A stretch of 64,000 bases of DNA from Planctomycetota bacterium (GTDB taxonomy: Bacteria; Planctomycetota; Planctomycetia; Pirellulales; UBA7805): the NCBI GenBank assembly GCA_003389215.1, contig QQVP01000045.1, forward strand, positions 4,535 to 68,534, read 5' to 3'. Positions 10,249 through 22,435 of this stretch are shown one piece after another. The stretch's first letter is position 1. Each line of letters starts with the position of its first letter. A program made the translations under genes and the position numbers. The notes below the pieces were generated by a model. It was not told where the DNA came from, did not search any database, and saw nothing but the letters and a program-made list of their open reading frames with translations.

Positions 10249-10517
10249 TGCCCGCGAGTAGCCGCACCCGGACAACCTTGCGCCGACGGCGTCCCCACGG
10301 GGAGGCGTCGGCGTTGTCATGCGCGGGCCCCGCAGGGAACCGTGACCTGGGCGGTTCCCGCTGAAATTGCTCGCCGTGGGTCGACGTCCGCGGGTCGCTT
10401 CCCCTGGGGCAGCCGCCGGCGTCGGTGTAAAATCGACCACATCGCGTGCAGAACAGGGCGTTCGCGCGGCGGCGGGGCCGGCGCGGTCGCCAATCCTCAA
10501 GGGGTGGAATTCAAAGT

Positions 10518-11890
<1,373 letters not shown>

Positions 11891-11894
<4 letters not shown>

Positions 11895-13297
11895 TCTCGG
11901 TCGGCCATATCTGCCTGCTCGTCATCCTTGCTTCGGTGGTCCCGCTCGTCGCGCTGGCCCGCTACTGGCGGATCTATCCCCACCGGCCCCTGGTCATGCT
12001 GCTTTGCGGGCTGCCGGTGATCACGGCCGTGCTGGTGTTCGCGCCCGGCGACTTCGGACAGGCACGCCTGTGGGTCCTGGTGGCGTTCGACGCGGCGGTG
12101 GTCCTGCTGGCCTTTGCCGATCTGTTTACGCTGCCGCGGCAGGGCGCTTTTTCGGCGAGCCGGTCGATGGTTCGCATCGCCTCGCTGGGTAAGTCGCACG
12201 ATGTGGAGCTGGTCGTCTCGAATCATTCGGAGCGCGATCACGACGTGAAGGTCCGCGACGACCTGGCCGACGAGCTGGTGGCCGAGCCCGAGGAGTTCGT
12301 GGTGCGGCTCCGAAGCCAGAGTCGCTCGACGCTGCGGTACCGCCTCAAGCCCCAGCGCCGCGGGGCCTTTCGCCTGGCGCGCATCTACCTGCAAGTGCGC
12401 AGCCGGATGACGTTGTGGCGTCGCTTTCTCGATTACGCCGAGACCTCGCAGCTGCACGTCTATCCCGACATGAAGCAGCTTTCGCAGTACGCGGTGTTGG
12501 CCCGCACCAATCGGCTCACGCAGATCGGCGTCCGCAAGACGCGTCGCGTCGGCCAGGACCACGACTTCGAGCGGCTGCGCGACTACACGATCGACGACAA
12601 CTACAAGCACATCGACTGGCGCAGCACCGCCCGCCGGAATCGGCTGACCGTGAAGGACTTTCAGGCCAGCCAGAGCCAGCGGATCGTGTTCCTGATGGAT
12701 TGCGGTCGCATGATGACGAATCACGCCGGCGGGATCAGCCTCTTGGATCACGGGTTCAACGCGATGCTGATGCTCTCCTACGTGGCCCTGAGGCAGGGCG
12801 ATTCGGTCGGCATGATCGCCTTTTCCGATCGGGTGCATGGCTTCGTGCCCCCCGGCGGTGGCATGAACCAGATGAATCACCTGCTGCATGCCTCGTTCGA
12901 TCGGTTTCCCGAGACGGTCGAGTCGCGTTACGATCAGGCGTTTCTCTATCTGGCGGCTCACTGCCGCAAGCGGGCCCTGGTCGTGCTGATCAGCAACGTG
13001 ATCGACGAAGTGAATGCCCACCAGGTCGAGCGCTATCTGGGTTCGCTGACGGGCCGGCACTTGCCGGTCGGCGTGTTGCTTCGCGACCATGCCCTGTTCG
13101 GGGCCGCCGATATGGCGAAGCCGCGGGGACGCGATCTGTATCGCGCCGGCGCGGCCGCGGAGATTCTCGCCTGGCGACGTCAGGTGCTGCAGGACTTGCA
13201 GACGCGGGGGGTCCTGGCCCTGGACGTCTTTCCCGAGAACCTCACCGCCCCGCTGGTGAACCAGTATCTGACGATCAAGGCACGGCACCTGCTATGA
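11891..13297 (+). CDS. DUF58 (vWA-like) protein, MoxR partner
   Basis: Hallmark DFERLRDYTIDDNYKHIDWRSTAR. Two N-terminal TM segments. A GTG at 11891 overlaps the moxR stop (ATGTGA), so the exact start is uncertain. Confidence 0.85.
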
Positions 13298-13399
13298 TTT
13301 GCTAGAGGGTTTCGGCGACGCGACTTGCGAGCGTCTCCCGGAAGTCGACACGGCAAGTCGACAAGGCGCAGTGACATCGGCGGCACGACGGAGCGTGGG

Positions 13400-16300
13400 A
13401 TGTTCGACGATTTCTCGCCGCAGCAGCGGGCGGCGATCGAACAGCGAACCCAAGAGTTGGGCCGCTACCTGTTCGATCATCTGCAAGTCGACAGCCCCAG
13501 CGTGCTCGAGCGGCGCTGGTGGGACGACCGCATCCTGGCCTGGGCGATGCAGGACGAATCGGTCAAGGTGCAGATGTTCCGCTTCGTCGACGTGCTGCCG
13601 ATGCTGACCACCACGGAACAGCTCGTCGGCCACCTCCACGAGTACTTCAACGAGGTTCGCGAGCGGCTCCCTTCGGCCGTCCGCCTTGGCATGGCGGTCA
13701 CCTCGCCGCGGGGCGTCATGGGGCGAGCCCTGGCCATTGCCGCGCGACGCAACGTCGGGGCCAGCGCCCGGCGGTTCATCGCCGGCACGAATGTGCAGGA
13801 GGTGCTGACCGCCGCGCGGCAACAGCGCAAACGAAATCACGGCTTCACGCTCGATGTGCTGGGCGAGGCGGTCACCAGCGACGCCGAGGCCGACCGCTAC
13901 TTTCGCGAATATCTCCAGCTCATCGAACAGGTCGCGCCCACGGTGAACGGCTGGCCCGAGGTGCCGCAGATCGATCGGGCGCCCTTTGGCGAGCTGCCCC
14001 GGGCCAACATCTCGGTAAAGCTCTCGGCGCTCGATAGCCAGGCCGATCCGATCGATCCGGCCGGCGCCATTCGCCGCACGGGCGAGCGCCTGGCGGAGTT
14101 GCTGCGGGCCGCGGCGGCGCATCGCACCTTCATCAACGTCGACATGGAGTCGTACCGCACGAAGGACCTTACCTTCGCCATCTTCAAGGAGGTGCTCGCT
14201 CGCGACGAATTCCGCCAGCGCGACGACGTCGGCATCGTGGTCCAGGCGTACCTGCGGGACGCCGAGCAGGATCTCGTCGCGCTCCGCGATTGGGCCGCTC
14301 GCCGCGGCACGCCGGTCTGGGTGCGACTGGTCAAAGGTGCCTATTGGGATTACGAGACGGTCCACGCCCAGGCCGAGGGCTGGCCCGTGCCGGTGTTCGA
14401 GCGAAAGTGGCGCACCGACGCCAACTTCGAGCGGCTCGCTCGTTTCCTGGTCGGCAACCACGAAACGTTGCGGCCCGCCTTGGGCAGCCACAACCTCCGC
14501 TCGATCGCCCATGCGATGGCCGCCGTCGAACAGCTCGAGTTGCCCGAGGGAACCTTGGAATTGCAAATGCTCTACGGCATGGGCGACGCCGAGAAGAAGG
14601 TGCTCACCGAGATGGGTATGCGGATGCGGATCTACATGCCGTACGGACAGTTGATTCCCGGCATGGCCTATCTGGTGCGGCGGCTGCTGGAAAACACTTC
14701 GAACGATTCCTTCTTACGCGCGAGCTTTACCGAGCACGTCGCGACGGAGACCTTGCTCATGGCGCCCGAACAGGTTGGTCAACAGGACGGAGCGGCAGCT
14801 TCCGACGCGAACGAAGCGGTTGCGGCCACGACCGAGGATGCGTCCGGCACCGCGTCCGCCGCTCCTAAGTTTCGCAACGAACCACACGCCGACTTCTCGG
14901 TCGAGGAGAATCGCCAGGCGATGGCCGCCGCCTTGGCCGAAGTGCGGACCCGCCTGGGGCAAACATATTCCTTGGTCATTGGGGGTGAAGAGATCGCGAC
15001 GTCGGAGGTGCTTGAGTCGGTCAATCCTTCGCAGCAGACAGAGGTCGTCGGCCGTGTGGCCTCGGCGACGACAGACCACGCCGAAATGGCGGTGGCGGCC
15101 GCCCAGCAGGCCCTGGCCGAGTGGAGCGGCAGCGACGTCGAGCGGCGCGCCGGAGCGCTCCGCCAGGCGGCGGCAGTCATGCGGCGGCGGCGCTTCGAAC
15201 TGGCCGCCTGGCAGGTGTTCGAGTGCGGCAAGGGCTGGCGCGAGGCGGACGGCGACGTCTGCGAGGCGATCGACTTTTGCGAGTACTACGCCACCTCGGC
15301 CCGGTTGATGGCCGGCGACGGAGTCGACGTGCCGGGCGAGGAGAACACGCTCGAGTATCACGCCCGCGGCGTCACCGCGGTGATCGCGCCGTGGAATTTT
15401 CCGCTGGCGATTCTGACCGGCATGACAGTCGCCGCCCTGGTCACCGGCAACACGGTCGTGATGAAGCCGGCCGAGCAGTCGAGCGTCAACGGCGCGCTGC
15501 TGATGCAAATCTTCAGCGAGGTCGGCCTGCCGGCGGGCGTGTTGAACTACTTGCCCGGTGCGGGCGAGGTGGTCGGGGCGGCGCTGGTCGAGCATCCGCA
15601 GGTGGCTCTGATTGCCTTTACCGGCTCGCGTGGCGTGGGGCTGGCAATTAACGAACGGGCCGCGGCCTGTTCAACGGCCGGCACAAACATGGTGAAGCGC
15701 GTGATCGCCGAGATGGGCGGCAAAAACGCGATCATCGTCGACGACGACGCCGATCTCGACGAGGCGGTGCTCGGCGTCCTGCAGAGTGCCTTTGGCTATC
15801 AGGGTCAGAAGTGCTCGGCCTGTTCGCGCTGCATCGTGCTCGAGGCGGTGTACGAGCCGTTTCTGGCCCGGCTGGTCGAAGCGGCGCGAAGTCTGCACGT
15901 CGGTCCGGCTGAAGAGCCCGGCTCGCGGGTTGGACCGGTCATCGACGAAGAAGCCCGGGCGAAGATCCAAGAGTACATCGAGTTGGGTCGCCGCGAAGGT
16001 CGCGAAGTGCTGGCCGTCGACGTGGGCGAACTGGCCGAGCAGGGTTACTTCGTCGGCCCGCACATCTTCGCCGACGTCGCGCCCGAGGCGCGGCTCGCGC
16101 GGGAAGAGGTCTTTGGCCCCGTCCTGGCGGTGATGCGGGCGGGCGACCTGGACGAGGCGCTCGCCATCGCCAACGGGACCGACTACGCCCTGACCGGCGG
16201 CATCTACTCGCGAAGCCCGGCAAATCTGAAAAAGGTGCGGGCCGAGATGGTCGTGGGCAATTTGTACCTCAACCGGCCGATCACGGGGGCCTTGGTCGCC

Positions 16301-16453
16301 CGACAGCCGTTCGGGGGTTTTCGTCTGTCGGGAATCGGCTCGAAGGCCGGCGGCAGCGACTATCTGTTGCAGTTCGTCGTGCCGCGGACGGTGACCGAGA
16401 ACACGATGCGACGCGGCTTCGCCCCGACGGCCGAGGCAGATGAGAACGACTGA
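13400..16453 (+). CDS. putA: Bifunctional proline dehydrogenase / L-glutamate gamma-semialdehyde dehydrogenase (PutA-type, no DNA-binding domain)
   Basis: 1017 aa. The C-terminal ALDH motifs are VIAPWNFPLAI, EMGGKNAIIVD and GQKCSACSR. The N-terminal half has PRODH TIM-barrel-like sequence. Start at ATG 13400. Confidence 0.9.
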   Translation: MFDDFSPQQRAAIEQRTQELGRYLFDHLQVDSPSVLERRWWDDRILAWAMQDESVKVQMFRFVDVLPMLTTTEQLVGHLHEYFNEVRERLPSAVRLGMAVTSPRGVMGRALAIAARRNVGASARRFIAGTNVQEVLTAARQQRKRNHGFTLDVLGEAVTSDAEADRYFREYLQLIEQVAPTVNGWPEVPQIDRAPFGELPRANISVKLSALDSQADPIDPAGAIRRTGERLAELLRAAAAHRTFINVDMESYRTKDLTFAIFKEVLARDEFRQRDDVGIVVQAYLRDAEQDLVALRDWAARRGTPVWVRLVKGAYWDYETVHAQAEGWPVPVFERKWRTDANFERLARFLVGNHETLRPALGSHNLRSIAHAMAAVEQLELPEGTLELQMLYGMGDAEKKVLTEMGMRMRIYMPYGQLIPGMAYLVRRLLENTSNDSFLRASFTEHVATETLLMAPEQVGQQDGAAASDANEAVAATTEDASGTASAAPKFRNEPHADFSVEENRQAMAAALAEVRTRLGQTYSLVIGGEEIATSEVLESVNPSQQTEVVGRVASATTDHAEMAVAAAQQALAEWSGSDVERRAGALRQAAAVMRRRRFELAAWQVFECGKGWREADGDVCEAIDFCEYYATSARLMAGDGVDVPGEENTLEYHARGVTAVIAPWNFPLAILTGMTVAALVTGNTVVMKPAEQSSVNGALLMQIFSEVGLPAGVLNYLPGAGEVVGAALVEHPQVALIAFTGSRGVGLAINERAAACSTAGTNMVKRVIAEMGGKNAIIVDDDADLDEAVLGVLQSAFGYQGQKCSACSRCIVLEAVYEPFLARLVEAARSLHVGPAEEPGSRVGPVIDEEARAKIQEYIELGRREGREVLAVDVGELAEQGYFVGPHIFADVAPEARLAREEVFGPVLAVMRAGDLDEALAIANGTDYALTGGIYSRSPANLKKVRAEMVVGNLYLNRPITGALVARQPFGGFRLSGIGSKAGGSDYLLQFVVPRTVTENTMRRGFAPTAEADEND

Positions 16454-16463
16454 AGGCGGCCGA

Positions 16464-17414
16464 CTACAAACCGCCGCTGGCCCGTAGCTCATTGATCCGT
16501 TCGAGCAGGCTCTCGCCCAGGGCGTCCTGCTTGGCCAGCTGGTCGGAGGCGTCGAGGAGTGCGCGGGCCGATTCACGGTCCTGGGCCCCGATGTACCCTT
16601 CGGCGACGTCGTAGAGTCGCTCGGCCTTCTTGAGCCGGTTGCTGCTCCCTTCGACGTTGATGCCTTCGACGATGGCCCGGGCCTGGCCGAGCGTTTCCAG
16701 TCCGCCCGCCGCGTCGTCGAGCGCGGTACGCTGGGCGATCGCCACCGCCACCAGGGCCTGCACCTTCTTGCTCCAGTCTTCGATCGAGTCGGGCAGGACT
16801 TCGAGCATGCCGCCGATGCGCTTCGTGGCCTCGGTGTCTTCGAGCAACTGGTAACAGGTGATCATCATCGCCAGGACTTCGGCCTTGTCGTCGGCCAGCG
16901 TGATCGAATCGATCAAGGCTTCGGCGTCCTCCAGGTCGTCCAGGGCCTCGTCGGGACCGTCGCGGCGATCGGCCCGGATGCGAATTCCGGCCAGGCGAAC
17001 CAGAAATCGAGCCCGGTCCGCTTCCGAGAGATCGCCGTCCTTGATGGCCTCGGCGGCGACGGCGTAGGTTTTTCGCGCACCGGAATTGTCCTTGCCCGTC
17101 ACGTGGGCCTCGGCGAGGTCGAGCAGGGCACTGACCCGTTCATCGACCTGTTGGATTCCCTGGGCCGCTTCGAGCGCCGTCTCGCGACTCTGCCGGGCGC
17201 CGGCCCGATCGCGGAGCCGCTCCTGCTCGTCGCTCAGGCGAATCAGGCAGACGGCCTTCTGCAGATTGTTCGTATTCGCCACGCACTGTTCGTACTTTTG
17301 CGTCGTGGTCAACTCGCCGCTGCCGCCCCCGCTACAACCCGTCAGCGATGCCGCCAGCGCCGCGAGCGCGGTCAGAATTGCCAGTTGGCAGGCCATTGCT
17401 TGCCGATCTCTCAT
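16464..17414 (-). CDS. Hypothetical lipoprotein (helical, TPR-like)
   Basis: Signal peptide with lipobox LAASLTGC. Acidic helical-repeat composition. No catalytic motifs seen. Confidence 0.7.
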   Translation of the reverse strand: MRDRQAMACQLAILTALAALAASLTGCSGGGSGELTTTQKYEQCVANTNNLQKAVCLIRLSDEQERLRDRAGARQSRETALEAAQGIQQVDERVSALLDLAEAHVTGKDNSGARKTYAVAAEAIKDGDLSEADRARFLVRLAGIRIRADRRDGPDEALDDLEDAEALIDSITLADDKAEVLAMMITCYQLLEDTEATKRIGGMLEVLPDSIEDWSKKVQALVAVAIAQRTALDDAAGGLETLGQARAIVEGINVEGSSNRLKKAERLYDVAEGYIGAQDRESARALLDASDQLAKQDALGESLLERINELRASGGL

Positions 17415-17647
17415 CTCGATGTTCCTTGGGACAATGCTGTTCCGCGAGAAGGAGCGCCGCCCAAACGACAGGGTCGTCCAAACAACGGGGCCACTCCTGC
17501 GACGCGCTCCAGGGCCGCGCGTCTGACCCTACAGGCAACTATACGTACTGGCGCGGCTCGACTCCAGTAGCGGACACGTTCACCGACATTCGGCCACTTT
17601 GATCGCAAGCGAACACCCAAAAGGCCGAGCGAGCGGCGCGGTTCACC

Positions 17648-18880
17648 TCAGAACTGCAGCGAGATCTGCGTGAGGCGGGCTTCCGTCTCCCGCATCAACT
17701 CGTCTTCGGCGGCTTCGTCGGCCGCCTCGTAGGTGACGCTGAAGCGCAGAAACGGCCCGGCGTCGTCCCACGGTACCGTGCAGATCGAATGCTCGGTGAT
17801 CAGGTACTGACTGGCCGCTTCGGCCGTGGCAAACTCCGGTCCGCCCTCGACCCCGCGCGGACTCGGCGTGTAGAGAAAGTACGTGCCGCCCGGCATCTCG
17901 CACTGGAAGCCGCAGCGCTGCAGCATCGTCACGAGCTTTTCCAGCCGGCGTCGATACTTGGCCGCGATCGCCTGGGGAATCGTGTCGTCGTCGAGCGCCG
18001 CGACGGCCGCCTTTTGAATTGCAATGAACTGACCCGAGTCGGTGTTGTCCTTTACGTCGGCGAACGCCTGCACGAGTCGTGGATGACCACAGACCCAGCC
18101 GATCCGCCAGCCGATCATGTCGAACCCCTTCGAGAGCGAGTGCGTCTCGACCCCCACATCCCGCGCCCCGGGTACGGAAAGAAAACTGAGCGGAGCCGTG
18201 TCGAAGCTGAGCATAATGTGGGCCGCGTCCTGCACGACGACCAGCTCGTGACGCTTGGCAAACTCGACAACCCGCGCGTAGAACTCCGTGGTGGCCGTCT
18301 TGCCGGTGGGGCTGTTCGGATAGCAAAGGACGAGCAGCTTCGCCGCGCGGCAAATGTCCTCGGGCACCGCGTCCAGATCGGGGAAGAAATCGTTCTCAGG
18401 CACCAGCGGCAGGCTATAGACGCTGCCGCCGTAATAGCGCGTATGCGTTCCCGCCACCGGGTAGCCCGGCACGGTCATCAGCGTGACGTCGCCCGGGTTG
18501 ATCAGCGTGGCGGGCAACATGGCCAGGGCCGGCTTCGAGCCGATCGAATGATTGACCTCGGTGGCCGGGTCGAGTTGCACGTCGAAGTTGCGGGCCATGA
18601 AACGGGCCGCCGCCTCTTGGAACTCGAGGATGCCGTTGTCGGCGTAGCCCCGGTTCTCCGGTTTGTCGATCTCGACGGCCATCGCCTGGCGCACGCTGGC
18701 CGGGGCGATCGAATCGTTCTCGCCGATGCCGAAGTCGATCAGCGTCCGTTCGGGATGTTCGGTGCGGGCCTGCCGCTTGGCCCGCTTGATCTTCTCGAAC
18801 TTGTAGATCTCCGTGCCTTTGCCGTAGGCGGCACCGCCGATCCGCTCGGCGAACAGTTTCTGAAAGTAGGGATCGCTCAT
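17648..18880 (-). CDS. dapL: Class I/II PLP aminotransferase, LL-diaminopimelate aminotransferase-like
   Basis: 410 aa. PLP-lysine motif SLSKGFDMIGWRIGW. The N-terminal pattern EIYKFEKIKR...IDFGIGENDSIAP resembles DapL. The specific substrate is inferred, not proven. Confidence 0.65.
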   Translation of the reverse strand: MSDPYFQKLFAERIGGAAYGKGTEIYKFEKIKRAKRQARTEHPERTLIDFGIGENDSIAPASVRQAMAVEIDKPENRGYADNGILEFQEAAARFMARNFDVQLDPATEVNHSIGSKPALAMLPATLINPGDVTLMTVPGYPVAGTHTRYYGGSVYSLPLVPENDFFPDLDAVPEDICRAAKLLVLCYPNSPTGKTATTEFYARVVEFAKRHELVVVQDAAHIMLSFDTAPLSFLSVPGARDVGVETHSLSKGFDMIGWRIGWVCGHPRLVQAFADVKDNTDSGQFIAIQKAAVAALDDDTIPQAIAAKYRRRLEKLVTMLQRCGFQCEMPGGTYFLYTPSPRGVEGGPEFATAEAASQYLITEHSICTVPWDDAGPFLRFSVTYEAADEAAEDELMRETEARLTQISLQF

Positions 18881-19075
18881 CGGTTCTCCGTAGGCTTACC
18901 GTGGGCAACGCGCGGCCAAACGTGGACGTTACCTTAACGCAGGCCAGGGGGGCAGAGAAAGTGGCCGAGACGGCCGTGAAGGGTGCGATCGGCGCGGTCA
19001 GGGGACGCCCGGCGCGCATCCGTCACGTCGATGCACGCGAGTGGCTTCGCGCGAAGAGGTGAGAGGTGTGCGGCC

Positions 19076-19912
19076 CTAGCTGACCAGGCCGGTGCTGAGC
19101 TGGGCGACGCTCGAATAGTCGATCCCCAGCTCCTGGTAAACGGCCTGCACCGTGGGGGCGTCGACCTGCTGCTGACGCTGACCGGCCCCGGCCATCAGGG
19201 CCAGATCGGCCAACTGGCAGACGCGGCGGGGCACCCCGGCGGAGAGCTGCTGAAGCTGCGCGACGGCCTCGGCGTCGAAGGCCTGTCGCGCCCGGCCGGC
19301 ACGCTGCAGCGCGTGATCGAGATAGCCGCGGGTGTCGTCGAGATCCCAGTTGGCCAACTCGATACGCAGCTCGGCGACCTCCAAGAGTCGCGGTCCGATC
19401 CGCTGTGCGCCGCCGAGTTGCGCGGTAAGGATAACCGTGAGTTGGGCCTGCGGGCTGGTGTCGAGTTGCAACATTCGCAAGATCGAGGAGCGCACCGTCT
19501 CGTCGGCCTCGTCGACGTCGTCGAGCAACACGACGGTACCCCACTGCTGATGGCGGTTTTCGATCAGGCGGTCCGCGATCGATCGCCACAACGAAGTCGG
19601 CTTCGACTCGACGCGGGGGTCGATGCCGAATTGCCGAGCCAGCAGCCAGGGAAACTCTTCGGCCGAAACGCCCAACAGTCGCAGGCGAGCAACGGGACGG
19701 GCCGCCTGGCGGAGCTGATCGTAGAGCACCTCCAGCAGCAGCGACTTGCCGCTGCCGTGGGCCCCTAGCAACAGTCCGAGTCGGCGTCGTTCTTCGACCA
19801 GGTAATTCAGCCGGGCCAGCGCTTCCTCATGCACGCGACTCTCGAAGAAGGCCGCCGGATCGAGATTGCTGGCAAAGGGCGTCTGACTCAGTCCCCAGTG
19901 GCTCTCGTACAT
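19076..19912 (-). CDS. ExeA-like AAA ATPase
   Basis: N-terminus MYESHWGLSQTPF, Walker A GAHGSGKS, Walker B VVLLDDVDE. This is the typical ExeA / AAA_22 layout. Confidence 0.75.
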   Translation of the reverse strand: MYESHWGLSQTPFASNLDPAAFFESRVHEEALARLNYLVEERRRLGLLLGAHGSGKSLLLEVLYDQLRQAARPVARLRLLGVSAEEFPWLLARQFGIDPRVESKPTSLWRSIADRLIENRHQQWGTVVLLDDVDEADETVRSSILRMLQLDTSPQAQLTVILTAQLGGAQRIGPRLLEVAELRIELANWDLDDTRGYLDHALQRAGRARQAFDAEAVAQLQQLSAGVPRRVCQLADLALMAGAGQRQQQVDAPTVQAVYQELGIDYSSVAQLSTGLVS

Positions 19913-20067
19913 GGTCTGGCTCGTCCCTGCGTGATTTCACTCTCAAGACGTCACAGCACGTCACATTGCTCATCGGTCGAATCGGCGATAGGCTTGAACC
20001 TGCGTTTTCGGTGCCGCCACTGCTACCAGATGCTTCTCCCTCGGGCACCGCGCGGGCGAGCCGTATC

Positions 20068-20829
20068 ATGTCGCGTCGATTCTTCTGCACCGAGCCGCTG
20101 TCACAGTCTCAGGTGCGACTTACCGACAGCGAGGCCCATCACTTAATTCACGTGATGCGTGCCCAGGTGGGCGACGAGGTCGTGCTGTTTGACGGCTCGG
20201 GCACCGAAGCCGCCGCCCGCGTCGCAGAGCTGGGTCGCACCGATGCGGTGCTAGCGGTGCTCTCGCGCGACCAGGTCGATCGCGAGTTGCCGTTTCGGCT
20301 GACGTTGGCGGTGGCGCTTCCCAAGGGCGATCGCCAGAAGTGGCTCGTCGAGAAGGCGGTCGAGCTAGGCGTCGCGCGGCTCTTGCCGCTAAAGACGAAG
20401 CGCGGTGTGGCTCAGCCGGTGACGTCTGCGATCGAGCGGTTGCGACGCAGCGTGATTGAAGCCGCCAAGCAATGTGGGCGAAACCGGCTGATGGAGATTG
20501 GCGAACCGGTCGAGGTCGTCGACCTGTTTAGCGAATGGGCCGCGGAGGATCTTGCCCTAGTGGCACATCCTGAGTCGGACGGCGCGGCGGCGACGGCCCC
20601 CTGGACCGGGCCGGCGGTCACGCTGGGCGAGGTTAGTTCCCAGCGAGGATCTGACGGGCACGTCGTCGTCGCCATCGGTCCCGAAGGAGGATTCGCGGAC
20701 GAAGAACTGGCAGCCGCTGCCGAGGCGGCCTGGCGACGGCTCGACCTGGGACCACGAATCTTGCGCGTGGAGACGGCGGCCCTCACCGTGGCGGCGGCCC
20801 TGGCCAGCGTGTCGCACTCCGCGCACTGA
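20068..20829 (+). CDS. rsmE: 16S rRNA (uracil1498-N3)-methyltransferase RsmE
   Basis: MSRRFFCTEPL..., LAVALPKGDRQKWLVEKAVELGV, IGPEGGF. Start at ATG 20068. Confidence 0.85.
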   Translation: MSRRFFCTEPLSQSQVRLTDSEAHHLIHVMRAQVGDEVVLFDGSGTEAAARVAELGRTDAVLAVLSRDQVDRELPFRLTLAVALPKGDRQKWLVEKAVELGVARLLPLKTKRGVAQPVTSAIERLRRSVIEAAKQCGRNRLMEIGEPVEVVDLFSEWAAEDLALVAHPESDGAAATAPWTGPAVTLGEVSSQRGSDGHVVVAIGPEGGFADEELAAAAEAAWRRLDLGPRILRVETAALTVAAALASVSHSAH

Positions 20830-20875
20830 CGAGAGCTGGCAGACCAGCTTTCGGCTGCGGCAAGTTGACGGAGCG

Positions 20876-21436
20876 CTATTCTTCGTCGCTGTCGTCCGGC
20901 GACTCTGCTTCGTCGTTTTCTTCGGTGTCGCTCTCTTTGACGACCGTCTCTTTGGCAAGGACGCGGCCGAACAGGTGGCCGCCCACTTCGCCGTGCTGCC
21001 AGGTGCCCGCGTAACGATCTCCGTAGAACAGCACGCGGGAGGAGAAGGTGCCCAACCCCGGCAGGGTGAGATTGGTGAGCGAGATGACCGGCGTGTCGTC
21101 GGCCCACTCCACGTCGAGACTCATCGGCAGATTCACGTCGACTTCGCCAAACTGGACGCGGACCAGGAACAGCCACTTGCCGCTGGGAGCCTTTTGCACC
21201 CGCGAGATCTCGTAACGTTCCTCGGCCGGCGGTTCGCCTTCCTGGCCGTCGGTCGTGTAGCTTCCAACCAGCTCCGCGCCACTGAGCATTTCGGCGAACA
21301 CCGCCTCGAGCCGCTCTTGTCGGGTGGCGGCCGGCGGCTCGTGTTCGTCCGCGCGGAGCGTCGCGGGGCTGCTGCCAAACAGCAAGACGATAACCAAGAC
21401 GATCAGCAGGTGGCGAACGAACGGGCGGCGAACCAT
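20876..21436 (-). CDS. Hypothetical secreted protein with an acidic C-terminal tail
   Basis: MVRRPFVRHLLIVLVIVLLFGSSPATLRA signal/anchor. C-terminus ...ESDTEENDEAESPDDSDEE. No known motif. Confidence 0.6.
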   Translation of the reverse strand: MVRRPFVRHLLIVLVIVLLFGSSPATLRADEHEPPAATRQERLEAVFAEMLSGAELVGSYTTDGQEGEPPAEERYEISRVQKAPSGKWLFLVRVQFGEVDVNLPMSLDVEWADDTPVISLTNLTLPGLGTFSSRVLFYGDRYAGTWQHGEVGGHLFGRVLAKETVVKESDTEENDEAESPDDSDEE

Positions 21437-21523
21437 AGCAGCATACTCCTGGAAGACGTTGTGGCAGGAAAGGGGCGAGCCCACCGTGGTCGCGCTCTTT
21501 GCGAGGCACCGTCCCAGCACGAC

Positions 21524-22327
21524 CTACAGACTACGCAAGTATTTTACCGCCTGCGCGATCTCGAACCGAGGATTGTCTCCGCCCTGGCGTTCGATGACGA
21601 GATAGCCGCGATAGTCGCGCTCCTCCAGCGCGGCGAGGATGGCCGGAAAGTCGGCACTGCCCCGCCCCAACGGCACTTCGACCCCCCGGTGCTGAGCCAG
21701 ATCGAGGGCCGCGTCCTTGGCGTGAACGTGCAGAATCGAGGTGCCGAGCGCCTCGATCGCCTCGAGGGGCGAGAACCGGCCCACGATCAGGTTTCCCGGA
21801 TCGAGCGTCGCGCCGACGGAGCCGGCGGGCACTTCGGCCAGGAGCGCGGCCAGATCGGCTCCACTCTCGGTGCCCGTCTCGGCGGCCAGCAGGGCCCCAT
21901 GTCGCTGGCCGTAGATTCCGAGATCGGTGAGCACCTCGACCAACTGACGAAATCGTCGCTCGTCCGTTGGCGAGCGTAGTTCAGCGTCGGCCGACGGCAC
22001 CGGCCCCACCTGATTGACGACGACCGCGGCTCCCAGCTTGTAGGCCATCGTCATGGCCTGCTTGGTGGCGGCGACACGTCGCTCGAGATCGTCGGCCACG
22101 TCGAACCCACGACGGGTGGGAAAGCCCAGGGCCGCGACCCGCAGTTCGAGATCGGTCAGCAGTTTGCGAACCTGCCGGAGGGCCGTGTCGCCGAATTCCG
22201 CCGCGGGTAGCTCGTGACGGGCGTCGATTTCGACCGCCTCGGCTCCCAGTTGGGCGGCCACGTGCAACGCCCGCTTGAGCGGAAGCTGCAAACTCGCGGT
22301 TTGAATGCCGATGCGGAGTTGGATCAC
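21524..22327 (-). CDS. Sugar phosphate isomerase/epimerase (xylose isomerase-like TIM barrel)
   Basis: The IGIQTASL... start of the barrel, HVHAKD and GYLVIE are typical of the AP_endonuc_2 family. There is no ATG near the 5' end. Candidate starts are GTG 22327 (gives VIQLRIGIQT) or TTG 22399 (the ORF-track start). Confidence 0.75.
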   Translation of the reverse strand: MIQLRIGIQTASLQLPLKRALHVAAQLGAEAVEIDARHELPAAEFGDTALRQVRKLLTDLELRVAALGFPTRRGFDVADDLERRVAATKQAMTMAYKLGAAVVVNQVGPVPSADAELRSPTDERRFRQLVEVLTDLGIYGQRHGALLAAETGTESGADLAALLAEVPAGSVGATLDPGNLIVGRFSPLEAIEALGTSILHVHAKDAALDLAQHRGVEVPLGRGSADFPAILAALEERDYRGYLVIERQGGDNPRFEIAQAVKYLRSL

Positions 22328-22435
22328 GCCGGTTGCTCGCCGGTTGTATCGCGTCGCGGAAGGCAACTTGAGCCGGTTCGTGGGGCTTGCCGATAGCAAC
22401 CGTGGAATACCGCGCGCCCGACCGAACCTGTGTCG

